NCBI RefSeq assembly: GCF_001194135.2
Contig: NC_069008.1
Location: 14,562,393-14,612,747 of the forward strand
Source: Octopus bimaculoides
Taxonomy: Eukaryota
Direction of reading: 5' to 3'
DNA: 50,355 nucleotides
Below the pieces are notes generated by a model, which was not told the origin of the DNA, searched no databases, and saw only the letters and a program-made list of their open reading frames with translations. Below, piece after piece: positions 25,681 to 38,008 of the stretch (the first letter of the stretch is position 1; every line of letters starts with the position of its first letter). The translations under genes and the position numbers were made by a program.

Positions 25681-25842
25681 TAGCAGCATGATTGTGGGAT
25701 TAAGAACTTTGCTTCTCAAACATTTGATTGCAGGTTCAATCTCACTGTACAACACGTTGGGCAAGTGTCTTCCACTATAGCCTTGGGTTCAGCAAAGCCT
25801 TGTGAAGGTATTTCATAAATAGAAAATGAAAGAAGCCTGTCT
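25681..25842 (+). mobile_element. tRNA-derived SINE, same family as 672-826
   Basis: B-box-like caggttcaatctc, ttgggcaagtgtcttccactatagcc, aaagccttgtga; followed by a (TG)n array. Confidence 0.75.
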
Positions 25843-26114
25843 TAACTCTGTGTTTGTGTGTGTGTATGTGCATGTGCGTGTGTGTGAGTGTGTTTGTGTG
25901 TGTATGTGTGTGTGCGTTTGTGTGTTTGTGTGCATGTGCATGTGTGCATATGGTGTATTTGTGTGTATGTGCATGTGCGTGTGCATGTGTGCGTTTGTGT
26001 ATTTGTATGTGTGTTTGTGTGTGTGTGTGTGCACATGTGTATGCATGTGCACACACACACACACACTCAAACACACACACGTTTGTGTGTGTTTGTATGT
26101 GTGTGTATGTGTGT

Positions 26115-26322
26115 ACATCATCATCATCATCATCATTTAACCTCCTCTTTCCATGCTGGCATGGGTTGGATGGTTTGACAGAAGCTGGACGGGCAGGTGC
26201 CTGCACCAGGCTGCTGTGTAGCATGGGTGTTTGCACACAGGCATCGTACAATTTGCCTTTCACTCTGAGGGAGAGCCCCTTTGTTACCAACAGAGGTAGC
26301 AGCTCTCTGAACTTTGTCATCT
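26115..26322 (-). mobile_element. RTE ORF fragment joined directly to the 3' tail (internal deletion)
   Basis: KFRELLPLLVTKGLSLRVKGKLYDACV..MLH matches 38480-38580, then jumps to ccaacccatgccagcatggaaa..ttaaa(tga)n. Confidence 0.85.
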
Positions 26323-26984
26323 AATTGTTTATATTATAACTGAGTTCATCTAATTGTATATATTTATTGCTACTTTTCATAAAAAAGCCTTTACTTTTTT
26401 GATATTCAATGTGCATTTTCGCTTTTTTCTTACTTTCCCCACATCTTTTCCACGTGTAGTTTCTATTTTCTTTTTGAAACATATTTCTATTATATATATG
26501 ACTGGCACCCATGCCAACGTAGTCTCCTTCATTGGACACGAAACTCAGCTTGCGAAGACTTATTGGGGCAAGCGAAAGCGAAATTGTGATGGCACCTGTG
26601 CCCAGTGTCGCTTTTCTGGCACTTGTGCCCGCGGCATGTGTAAGGACTTTCGAGCAAGATCATTGCCAGTGCCTCTGGACTGGCTCTTGTGCAGGTGGCA
26701 CATAAAATACACCATTTTGAGCGTGACCGTTGCCAGTACCGCCTGACTGGCCTTCGTGCCGGTGGCATGTAAANNNNNNNNNNNNNNNNNNNNNNNNNNN
26801 NNNNNNNNNNNNNNNNNNNNNNNNNNNNNNNNNNNNNNNNNNNNNNNNNNNNNNNNNNNNNNNNNNNNNNNNNNNNNNNNNNNNNNNNNNNNNNNNNNNN
26901 NNNNNNNNNNNNNNNNNNNNNNNNNNNNNNNNNNNNNNNNNNNNNNNNNNNNNNNNNNNNNNNNNNNNNNNNNNNNNNNNNNNN

Positions 26985-27017
<33 letters not shown>

Positions 27018-27029
27018 CCATACATACAT

Positions 27030-27192
27030 GACAGGCCTCTTTCAGTTTTCATCTACCAAATTCACTCACAACACCTTGGTCAACTCATGACTATAGAAGA
27101 AGACACTTGCTCAAGGTGTCAGATGGTGCGGCTGAACCAGGAACCATGTGGTTGGAAAGCAGCTTCTTACCACACAGCCACGCCTGCACCTA
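27030..27192 (-). mobile_element. tRNA-derived SINE, same family as 672-826
   Basis: Minus strand reads gcaggcgtggctgtgtggtaagaagc...ggttcagcc (A and B boxes). Confidence 0.8.
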
Positions 27193-27427
27193 TGTAAGTA
27201 TTATTTATTAAAGAATAAAGAATAAGAACTAAATAAAACCCTATATATGTACTATTGACTAAAGAATAAATGTGTTTTCTAGTTGGACATTTAATTGAGA
27301 CTACAGCTGTCACTGGTCAACTGATGACAGGGGAAACATTTTAGTATACTTGTATGTATGTGAGTGTGTTCGTGTATGTATATGCATATGTACGTTATAT
27401 ACACATACATGTATATATGTGCTTATG

Positions 27428-27465
<38 letters not shown>

Positions 27466-27562
27466 TCTCTCTCTCTCTCTCTCTTCTTCTCTCTCTCTNN
27501 NNNNNNNNNNNNNNNNNNNNNNNNNNNNNNNNNNNNNNNNNNNNNNNNNNNNCTTCTCTCTC

Positions 27563-27599
<37 letters not shown>

Positions 27600-28025
27600 C
27601 ATATATATACATATATACATATATACATATATACATATATATACATATATATATATATATATATCACTGCTGTGCTACATCATATAGCACATGGTGTAAG
27701 ATGGACAAATGAATTAGCCTGGTATATACATGCACATATATGTATGTATACGTGCATATACGTAAGTATTTGTATGTTGTGTATATATATATTTGTAATT
27801 ATATACCAAATTTGGTGTATTTCCACTGTTGAAAGCAAAGTATTTTATTACTAAGCCTGAAAGTGTCGATATGGCATTAACCATTCAGTTTTTGCTAATT
27901 TCTTTTTTCATTTATCTTATCACCTGTCTATATGACTAAATGATGTTGTTCTTGAGTCAGTTTTGACTGCTACTTCTGGCATGGCGGTGCCTCTTTGGTA
28001 ACTTTGATTATGATTATATATACAA

Positions 28026-28104
<79 letters not shown>

Positions 28105-28111
28105 TATATAT

Positions 28112-29189
28112 GTGGTTGACATGGCTATTAGACAAAAGAATGGAAAAACTAGAAGAACGGAGGTAGCAGAGAATTGTATCAGACTGCAAGAAGGGAAGCT
28201 AGGAGACAAGTTTACTTAGCCAGAAGGGAAGCAGATAAGAAAAAAATTTGACAATGTTCTGCGCCGTGAGGACCAAAGACTTGAAATATTTCATGTTGCA
28301 AGACAGTGTGTGAGAGAGAATCGTGATGTTGTAGGAGAGAAATATGTCCGCTTGGATGATGTCTCACTTGCACTAAACAAGGCTGCAAAGAGAGAGGTTT
28401 GGAGATACCACTATGAAAGTCTGCTTAATAAAGAGAATGAATGGGAGGAAGAGAGTCTGCCGAATGTCGACCCAACAGAGGGACCAGCTATCCTAATTGA
28501 CAGTACCTTGGTAGATAAAGCGATCAAGAGTATGAAGACAGGGGAAAGTCCCCGGCCCATCAGGAATCACTGCAGAGATGCTCAAAATATCTGATAGTGT
28601 CGGCTATAGCCTAGTCACCCGTATAGTTAACCAGGTGATACACGAAGGAGTCATACCCAATGACTGGTGTAGCAACACCATAGTCAACTGCTACAAAGGT
28701 AAAGGTGACGCTTTAGACACAAACAATTACAGAGGTATCAAGTTGTTGGACCAGGTAATGAAGGTCACCAAGAGGGTCATAGCCCAACAAATTAGGGAGA
28801 GAGTCAGTTTAGATGAGATGCAGTTTGGGTTCGTTCTAGGGAAAAACACCACTGACACTATATTTCTGGTAAGATAGCTGCAGGAGAAATACCTAGCCAA
28901 AGATAAACCTCTGTACCTGGCTTTTGTTGACATGGTTAAAGCCTTTGACAGGGTCCCCTGCTCCCTTATCTGGTGGTCAATGAGGAAACTAGGGATAGCT
29001 GAGTGGTTAGTGAGAGCTGTGCAAGCCATGTACAGGGACACTGTCAGTAAGGTGAGGGCTGGCAACAAGTAGAGTAAAGAATTCCGGGTAGAGGTGGGGG
29101 TCCACCAAGGTTAAGTTCTCAGTCCCCTCCTATTTATCATAGTCCTCCAGGCAATAACAGAGGAATTCAAGACAGGATCTCCCTGGGAG
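28112..29189 (+). mobile_element. RTE-clade LINE, 5'-truncated, RT domains up to PWE (copy 1)
   Basis: PGPSGITAEML, YKGKGDALDTNNYRGIKLL, QFGF, FVDMVKAFDRVP, GVHQG-VLSPLLF, KTGSPWE; several stops and a frameshift near 28550; ends at TSD 29182-29189. Confidence 0.92.
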
Positions 29190-30012
29190 CAGTGGCGTGC
29201 AGTGACTTCCGGGATGTAATAAATTTCTCCCCCCTGCCCGGCAATTTTTCAGCCCAAAAATTTTTGCATTCCTACAATTTACATATGTGAGATTCTAAAT
29301 ATGCAATCACTTCCGTATGACCTAGAATAAGCAGGGAATAAAAAATGGCTCTTGTATGTATGTATGTATGTATTGTTTGTATTTTTCTCTCTCTTCGAAA
29401 CGTCAGTACTTTCCCATCCTCACTCACCCTTAAAACGTCTAAAAATCATAAGTGAAATGTAATAAAAATGAAATTGGATTCTGTTAATATTTTTGCATAT
29501 TCGGAATCTCTGTTAAATGTAGGAATCCGAAAAAAAATTTTCACAAAATTCGTTTTTCAAAGGGGTGCGATTCTGCATTAGCTCCTATACCTATTGGTTG
29601 AGCCGAATCAATTTGAAATGATTTAATTAAGAGAACACATTTAGTTACATTATATGGCCATGCTCTGGAAGACAAGTCTGGAAGACTAGTCTGGAAGACT
29701 AGTCTGGAAGACAAGTCTGGAAGACAAGTCAGGTGCTTTATCATGCTACTTGTCAATTCCGGGAAAATTATTGATACTCAAGCAGACTGTTCTGAGACTT
29801 ACTGAACTCCGTATATTAAAAGACTAAGTCTCACGCACACACATTGAAAATACACGCATATACATGAATACACAAACAATGAAAGACAGTGAAAATTCAA
29901 CATTGTAAAAAAAAACCCAAAACTGTTGTGGCAGAAGTCAAAATCTCTGAGATTGAAACAAGACATTTACGGCCGTAAATAGACTACACCCAGCAGCACA
30001 GAAAGGAAAACC
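29190..30012 (-). mobile_element. hAT-Tip100 element terminus, copy 1 (runs into a gap)
   Basis: Starts cagtggcgtgca after cctgggag; 29776-30012 matches 35377-35613 with one difference that I can see. Confidence 0.8.
29665..29729. repeat. 5 x 13-bp tandem repeat ctggaagac(a/t)agt inside the hAT
   Basis: Units start at 29665, 29678, 29691, 29704, 29717; the t-variant units create the palindrome agactagtct. Confidence 0.95.
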
Positions 30013-31045
30013 NNNNNNNNNNNNNNNNNNNNNNNNNNNNNNNNNNNNNNNNNNNNNNNNNNNNNNNNNNNNNNNNNNNNNNNNNNNNNNNNNNNNNNNN
30101 NNNNNNNNNNNNNNNNNNNNNNNNNNNNNNNNNNNNNNNNNNNNNNNNNNNNNNNNNNNNNNNNNNNNNNNNNNNNNNNNNNNNNNNNNNNNNNNNNNNN
30201 NNNNNNNNNNNNNNNNNNNNNNNNNNNNNNNNNNNNNNNNNNNNNNNNNNNNNNNNNNNNNNNNNNNNNNNNNNNNNNNNNNNNNNNNNNNNNNNNNNNN
30301 NNNNNNNNNNNNNNNNNNNNNNNNNNNNNNNNNNNNNNNNNNNNNNNNNNNNNNNNNNNNNNNNNNNNNNNNNNNNNNNNNNNNNNNNNNNNNNNNNNNN
30401 NNNNNNNNNNNNNNNNNNNNNNNNNNNNNNNNNNNNNNNNNNNNNNNNNNNNNNNNNNNNNNNNNNNNNNNNNNNNNNNNNNNNNNNNNNNNNNNNNNNN
30501 NNNNNNNNNNNNNNNNNNNNNNNNNNNNNNNNNNNNNNNNNNNNNNNNNNNNNNNNNNNNNNNNNNNNNNNNNNNNNNNNNNNNNNNNNNNNNNNNNNNN
30601 NNNNNNNNNNNNNNNNNNNNNNNNNNNNNNNNNNNNNNNNNNNNNNNNNNNNNNNNNNNNNNNNNNNNNNNNNNNNNNNNNNNNNNNNNNNNNNNNNNNN
30701 NNNNNNNNNNNNNNNNNNNNNNNNNNNNNNNNNNNNNNNNNNNNNNNNNNNNNNNNNNNNNNNNNNNNNNNCAGCAGCGGTGGTGATGTGGTGGTGGTGG
30801 TGGTGGTTGTAGTAGTAGTAAATAATAAGATGAAAATACTTTTTAATTATATTTTCAAACCAAACTGAAAGCAAATTACCTTTGCCAGACTACATTACAT
30901 GCAATTTTGGAAGCATTTGTATGTGTGTGTAGACATATATGTGTGTGTGTGTGTGTGTGTGTATATGTATATAGGTATGGTGATGCAAACAGGAAAACTG
31001 GAACTCAAAATATGAATATATGTATAGTTTTATCAATACTTAACA

Positions 31046-31158
31046 GAGTGACTCAAGGTCTGAAAACTTTCATGCGTTGGCACTTATCAGACTAGTCTTT
31101 GACCTGTAACTAGTTTGATAAGTGCCAACACATGAAACTCTCGGACCTTGAGTCACTC
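31046..31158. repeat. Foldback hairpin, ~50-bp arms, 12-nt loop (MITE-like)
   Basis: 31046-31096 versus the reverse complement of 31109-31158: about 6 differences. Confidence 0.9.
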
Positions 31159-31426
31159 GGTTCCTTCTGCTAAATATCAATAAAATATATATGTATGTAT
31201 GTATATATATATATATTTATATNNNNNNNNNNNNNNNNNNNNNNNNNNNNNNNNNNNNNNNNNNNNNNNNNNNNNNNNNNNNNNNNNNNNNNNNNNNNNN
31301 NNATATATATACAAATAATCAGTAAATGGAGAAAACCTCAGATTAACAAACACATCAACTGGACCACATTTATAGCTTATTTTTTAATATACAAAGCATG
31401 ACATAACAAATAGGTGACGTAACAAA

Positions 31427-31538
31427 TCTTACAGCCGTTTCCGCATCTGTTGCCAAGTGTTGTCTATAAATAATTGCGAAACTAAAATTCTTCATCTTCA
31501 TAGGACATTTGGATTAAGGTACAGAGCTTCATCAGAGT
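31427..31538 (-). ncRNA. Degenerate hammerhead-like motif with expanded stem II
   Basis: Minus strand act-CTGATGA-a-gctctgt...acaga t gc-g-GAAA-c ggct GTA-aga; stem I only 2 bp. Confidence 0.45.
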
Positions 31539-32341
31539 AAAAAACAAGAGCATCCAATATAAACAAAGGGAAGCAGAAATAGGAAAGAAAACATGACCTA
31601 GAAAGAAGACTAGAAGCCCAATATATTAAAAGCATATAATGTACCATTCTTGGTGCTATAATATCCGTAGGTAAAAGAGTGAGCTAGTAATGGTCTAGGG
31701 AACACTACAATCTATTTACAGGTACATTAAATTTAAAGTGGGGGCCAAGATGTTTTAAAATTTAAGGAAAGATGTTATCAAAAAAATATAGAGAGAAACA
31801 TACTAACATGAATATCAAAGGGCAGTATCTATGCTAACGAAGTAAACTCAAGTAAATGTATCCAAAACATTACCATAGGGTACTTAAGAAAGTTTATTCA
31901 CAGAAATATTACCGAGAATCATACCTATTGTCCATAATAGGGCAAGTTTAAGGCTGGCTGCTTGTTTCCTGATAAACTCTTGTTTATCCTGTTGTTACCT
32001 GCACTCTGTGAGCATAGTGTGCCTGGGAATAACATGAGTAATGGATACTGATAGTACATTCGGATATTTTATCCTTCAGACAGTTATTACAACCACTAAC
32101 TCTGTTTACACTATATATACATATTATTGTGTCAGGTGAGAGTCATTCTCTTTTAGTGCCTTATTATTTAACACACTCACCGGTTCGATTTCCATTCTTT
32201 TACTTATTTATTTTTTCTATATGTGTGTGTGTGTGTGTGTATCATCATCATACTTATTTAATGGCCATTTTCCATGCTGGCATGGGTTGGATAGTTTGAC
32301 AAGATCTGGTCAGTTGGAGAGCTGCCAGCTCACTACCTTAA

Positions 32342-32559
32342 CCCTTTAGCAATCAGATTAAATCATATTATAATTTTTACTTATTGACATTGCTTTAAAT
32401 TGATCAGTCATTATCCTGTACCTTTGAGAGTTTGATGATGTGAGTGTATATTTTCTGAATGATATTGTAGAGTAGGTGTGAGAGACCCAATCTGGTTGGT
32501 TGGAACATAAAACAGATAGAATATTTTGACCAGATTTGGCTGGTTTAAATATTAAAGGG
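32342..32559. mobile_element. piggyBac-type MITE
   Basis: TTAA at 32338-32341 and 32560-32563; termini ccctttagca / tattaaaggg; a left-truncated copy ends ggg|TTAA at 16332. Confidence 0.85.
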
Positions 32560-33394
32560 TTAAACACAGGTATAATAACAATGATAATTATTATTATATT
32601 TGTACATCAATCAAATCAGATAAATCCAATAATGGAAAGGAAATGTTTCAAATCAGCCCCCAAATGTTTCTACACACATTCATTTTGGAAATGAAGTTTT
32701 TCAGGAGGATTTTCAAAACACTTTCATTGCCCCACAAAATTTTTAGAAGGTGCACTTGCAGCTCTTTCCTGTTCCCCACCCCTCTGTTCCTGAGCCTGTG
32801 ATGATGATAAAATGTAAAACTAATAAGTTTAAAATATACAGGGAATGCATTTGTGTTGGTGCCATATAAAAAGCACCCTGTACATTCTGTGTAATAATTG
32901 GCATTAAGAAGGTCATCTAGCCATAGAAACTGACCCAGAACAAACAATGGAGACTGGTGCAGCCCTTGGCCTTACCAGCTCCAGTCAAACTGTCCAGTCC
33001 ATGCCAGCATGGAAAACCAATGTTAGATGATGATGATGATGAGGAGGAGGAGGAGGAGGTTGATGATGATGGTGGTGGTGGTGATGGTGGTGGTGGTGGT
33101 GATGGTGGTGGTGGTGGTGGTGGTGATGGTGGTGGTGGTGGTGGTGGTGATGGTGGTGATAGTGATGATGATGATGATGAAACATGAAATTGAGACTCAG
33201 AGTGCAAAACTCCACTATCGCGAAAAAGTATTACAATGAACCAGGATAAACTGCAACTTTGCTTTCAAACTGAAAGCTAAATACAGCTTACCTGAAGCCA
33301 AATGGTTTGCTTTACACTTGCCGTTCTGCTTGATCAGATGTAAATTTTTGCATTTCCAATGCAAAAGAGGTCTAGGTATACATTTCCGGCCAAT

Positions 33395-33468
33395 CATGTC
33401 TGATGAGTGTTCAGTCTCACTTTCTGCTTAAGGAACTGTGACTTTACACGAAACTGTCTGGTAACTTT
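33395..33468 (+). ncRNA. Degenerate hammerhead-like motif
   Basis: catgt-CTGATGA(33400)-gtgt tc agtc...gact tt acac-GAAA(33450)-c tgtctg GTA-acttt; stem II good, stem I 2 bp. Confidence 0.45.
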
Positions 33469-33771
33469 GCATCATCACAACATGGTTTTTAATTTATATT
33501 TTTGTTTTAAAGTTATATCTATATACGTATATAACTTGTTTCATAGTTTTTTTTAATGAAAATGACATACACATACATATGTGTATATGTATAGTTGTGT
33601 TTTATATATGTGTGTGTACATACATATATGTTCATGCATATATATATACACACACACACACATAGTTACAGATATGTGTGTGTGTGTATGTATATATATA
33701 TATGTATATATATATGTGTGTGTGTATATATACATATATACACACATATGTACAGCACTATATATATATAA

Positions 33772-33802
<31 letters not shown>

Positions 33803-34694
33803 CATATATATATGTATGTATGTATATATATATGTATATTTGTATATGTATATATATATTTATATATATATATATATACATATATATGTGTGTGTGCGTA
33901 TGTAGATACATAATTACATATATATATATGTGTATATATGTGTATGTGTATGTACATATGTATGTTTGTACATACATATGTATGTATGTATGTATGCATG
34001 TATATGTGCATACACACATGCATGCATACACTTATATGAATAACCCTTACCCTAAAATTTCATTTCCTGTATAAATAACTTTAGCCTCCTTTGTTTGGAG
34101 ATATGTACTTAAACGCTGCTATAAAATCTAAAATTACAATGCCATTAACGATTAGAATAAGATAATTGGTGTTTAATATATTCACCAAAACTAGTAAATA
34201 CATCCGATGAAAATTAGAGCTGATATATTACTTAGAGGCATTCATCTCGATTACTGGCTGTTTTCAACTGTTGCACAGCAGGCAGTCGACATTTTTGCTT
34301 TTTGTGATAATTGGAGGTCACTTAAGTAGCCAAACAATTTTCAATATAGAACTTTTGGATTAGTGTTCTGCAACTTGTGGTATTTTAAAATAAATGGATG
34401 AGGCCCTTGTGTTGACTCTTGCAATGAGGCTTCATTACCAAATTTTCATGGCAAGCATGGTGGGAAAAGGATGTTGGATTGGTTAGTAAATGTGATCCTT
34501 TAGTAATTATTGTGGGTCCTTCAGGCATGTCTGTAATTTTGTGTAGAATATGGCTATAGGATTTTCAAGTTTTCTTCCCAAATATGTGGTTATATATAAT
34601 AGGTGTCTTTAAGTTACATCTACAAAATTCATTCACAGGGCTTTGGCCAGCCAGGGACTTTAGTAGAGGGCACTTGCCCAAGGTGCTGCCTAGT

Positions 34695-34883
34695 AGATGA
34701 GTGGTTAGTGAGAGCTGTGCAAGCCATGTACAGGGACACTGTCAGTAAGGTGAGGGCTGGCAATGAGTACAGAGAATACTGGGTAGAGGTAGGGGTCCAC
34801 CAAGGTTCAGTTCTCAGCCCCTCCTATTTATCATAGTCCTCCAGGCAATAACAGAGGAATTCAAGACAGGATGTCCCTGGGAG
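34695..34883 (+). mobile_element. RTE LINE RT fragment (copy 2), fused on its left to a SINE fragment at 34617-34690
   Basis: EWLVRAVQAMYRDTVSKVRAG..GVHQGSVLS..EEFKTGCPWE, about 95% identical to 29000-29189 by eye. Confidence 0.9.
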
Positions 34884-37800
34884 CAGTGGCGTGCAGTGAC
34901 TTCCGGGATGCAATAAATTTCTCCCCCCTGCCCGGCAATTTTTCAGTCAAAAAATTNNNNNNNNNNNNNNNNNNNNNNNNNNNNNNNNNNNNNNNNNNNN
35001 NNNNNNNNNNNNNNNNNNNNNNNNNNNNNNNNNNNNNNNNNNNNNNNNNNNNNNNNNNNNNNNNNNNNNNNNNNNNNNNNNNNNNNNNNNNNNNNNNNNN
35101 NNNNNNNNNNNNNNNNNNNNNNNNNNNNNNNNNNNNNNNNNNNNNNNNNNNNNNNNNNNNNNNNNNNNNNNNNNNNNNNNNNNNNNNNNNNNNNNNNNNN
35201 NNNNNNNNNNNNNNNNNNNNNNNNNNNNNNNNNNNNNNNNNNNNNNNNNNNNNNNNNNNNNNNNNNNNNNNNNNNNNNNNNNNNNNNNNNNNNNNNNNNN
35301 NNNNNNNNNNNNNNNNNNNNNNNNNNNNNNNNNNNNNNNNNNNNNNNNNNNNNNNNNNNNNNNNNNNNNNNNNNNNACTCAAGCAGACTGTTCTGAGACT
35401 TACTGAACTCCGTATATTAAAAGACTAAGTCTCACGCACACACATTGAAAATACACGCATATACATGAATACACAAACAATGAAAGACAGTGAAAATTCA
35501 ACATTGTAAAAAAAACCCCAAAACTGTTGTGGCAGAAGTCAAAATCTCTGAGATTGAAACAAGACATTTACGGCCGTAAATAGACTACACCCAGCAGCAC
35601 AGAAAGGAAAACCTATGTAGGTTAGGTTTGACGAAGAAGTCGAACCATTTCTCCTGCCAAACAATACTGATGTTAGATGGTCAAACCTTACATTATAACA
35701 TACACTAACCAAAGTCAAACTAAAGCATTTGACCCGGTGGGAAATAAAAAAATAAAATATTCTAATAGGTGTAAAACAACTTACTGCGAACGAATATGAA
35801 GAAAAAAAAATGCGCGTTCACGAACAGGGGATGGAGAGACCTCGGAACATTCACATCCTGAATGTTCCGAGATGCCTCACCGGAGCCAAGAAACAAAAGA
35901 AAAATAGTGCAATAGATGTAAAATGATTTGCTCTGAACGAATATGAAAAAAAGAATGCGCTCTCACGAAAGGCGGGGTGGGGAGAGGACTCGGAACATTC
36001 ACATCGTCACACATCACGCACTCACAGACACACAGATAAGCAAAACACACACAGACACACAGACACACAGACACACACACACACACACAAAAAGAAATGG
36101 TTGTTTCACTGCAACAGTTAAATCTCATTTCAATGTCAATATATTCGTTGCTTTGAAACCCAGACTTGTTCACTGACAAAAAAGATGCAGCACGNNNNNN
36201 NNNNNNNNNNNNNNNNNNNNNNNNNNNNNNNNNNNNNNNNNNNNNNNNNNNNNNNNNNNNNNNNNNNNNNNNNNNNNNNNNNNNNNNNNNNNNNCAGAAA
36301 CCGTGTGTTAGAAAACATTCTCAAACAGATCATTGCCTACCACACTGAATTTCAGATATTATGTTTCGAAAATAGTCTATACGCACCTCTGTATGTTATC
36401 CACTTTTGGAATATATTGTTGCTGTCATCCTTTTGCCTGGTTACTAAAGTTTCCTCTCCAATTTTTCACAGGCTTTGGCGCCCAGTCGCCAGGTTTCTTC
36501 TCTCGCCCTTACTGAGGTAGGTTGTCTTCTTTCCGTAACCCCGGATGGGGGCCCTTACCGGGTACTGTCAGCTGGAGCCAGCTGAGCCCGAGACTCATGC
36601 CTGGCAGGGTCGTCACTCCCTGAAGTAGTGAAGAAAATCACTACCCACTACCCATTTATATAACTATATATATATATATATATATATATGCTTTTCTCCC
36701 TTTGAAAGATGAAGTTGTGGAATATAAGTAAAGGCCTCTCCCCACTCCCCCGTTCTCAAGCGCGCGGTCTTTCCTTTATATTTGTTCGCAGCAAGTTGTT
36801 TTACACCTATTAGAATATTTCCTTTTTTTATTTCCCACCGGGTGAAACACTTTAGTTTGACCCCAAAACCTGTAATATATGCCCTTTAATATATTTAATT
36901 TTTTTTAAGGTTCTAAAATGTTANNNNNNNNNNNNNNNNNNNNNNNNNNNNNNNNNNNNNNNNNNNNNNNNNNNNNNNNNNNNNNNNNNNNNNNNNNNNN
37001 NNNNNNNNNNNNNNNNNNNNNNNNNNNNNNNNNNNNNNNNNNNNNNNNNNNNNNNNNNNNNNNNNNNNNNNNNNNNNNNNNNNNNNNNNNNNNNNNNNNN
37101 NNNNNNNNNNNNNNNNNNNNNNNNNNNNNNNNNNNNNNNNNNNNNNNNNNNNNNNNNNNNNNNNNNNNNNNNNNNNNNNNNNNNNNNNNNNNNNNNNNNN
37201 NNNNNNNNNNNNNNNNNNNNNNNNNNNNNNNNNNNNNNNNNNNNNNNNNNNNNNNNNNNNNNNNNNNNNNNNNNNNNNNNNNNNNNNNNNNNNNNNNNNN
37301 NNNNNNNNNNNNNNNNNNNNNNNNNNNNNNNNNNNNNNNNNNNNNNNAATTATCAAGTTTGTTTTTGAGTACAGTTCTAGTTTTATCTATTTGCTCTTTA
37401 CAATACACTATGTCATGACTTTTACTCTGGAGGATGTTAAATAAGACATCAGTAAAAGAAAAAATGTCACTGAATACTTCTAACAAAAATAAGAAATCAG
37501 GAGCTTTTAAAGTATGTAAGAATCCAATTGCTGAATTTATGGTGGTATCATCCCATGCTTCAGGATTTTCAATGATGTGTTCAAAAAGGCTGATTATGAA
37601 ATTATAATTTTCCTTTGTGGTAATAATGAGACGTGAGGAGTAATTCCATCTAGTTGCTGTTGCTTTCGGAAAACTTTTTTAACTATGCTATCTAATGCAT
37701 TAGCCCTTTTCGGTGATTTCGTAAAAAATGTACCCAGTCCGTTTATTGTAGAAAAAAATATCTTGCATTCTTTCATAGCAGAGCATGATTGTGAAAGAAC

Positions 37801-38000
37801 TAAATTTAGGATATGGGTACAACAATGAATAAAGATCGCATATTCATATTTCTTTCTTACTTTTGCCTGTAACCCATTTAATTGTCCTGCCATTGTAGTG
37901 GCACCATCATATGTCTGTGCAATCTAATTTTCCGATGATATGGATAAAAATCACAGAACATGCAGTGCATACCTTGCATACCTGAAAGTGCACGCCCCTG
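34884..38000 (-). mobile_element. hAT-Tip100 (ZMYM1-like transposase) deletion derivative with 12-bp TIRs and 8-bp TSD
   Basis: TIRs cagtggcgtgca (34884) and tgcacgcccctg (37989-38000), 11/12 match. TSD cctgggag at 34876-34883 and 38001-38008. Minus strand IAQTYDGATTMAGQLNGLQAKV..IHCCTHILNLVL..FFTKSPKR and LEVFSDIFSFTDVLFNILQSK. The transposase N-terminal half is missing: only ~70 bp separate the TIR from YDGA. Confidence 0.92.
35714..36861. mobile_element. Foldback/MITE-like element with ~130-bp terminal inverted repeats nested in the hAT
   Basis: 35714-35842 (gtcaaactaaag..cccggtgggaaataaaaaa..tattctaataggtgtaaaacaactt..gagacct) is the diverged reverse complement of 36732-36861. Confidence 0.75.
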
Positions 38001-38008
38001 CCTGGGAG

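Noticed and set aside
27300-27350. acagctgtc...CTGATGA-caggg-GAAAC
   Set aside because: Stem II only 1 bp and no consistent stem I in type I or type III topology.
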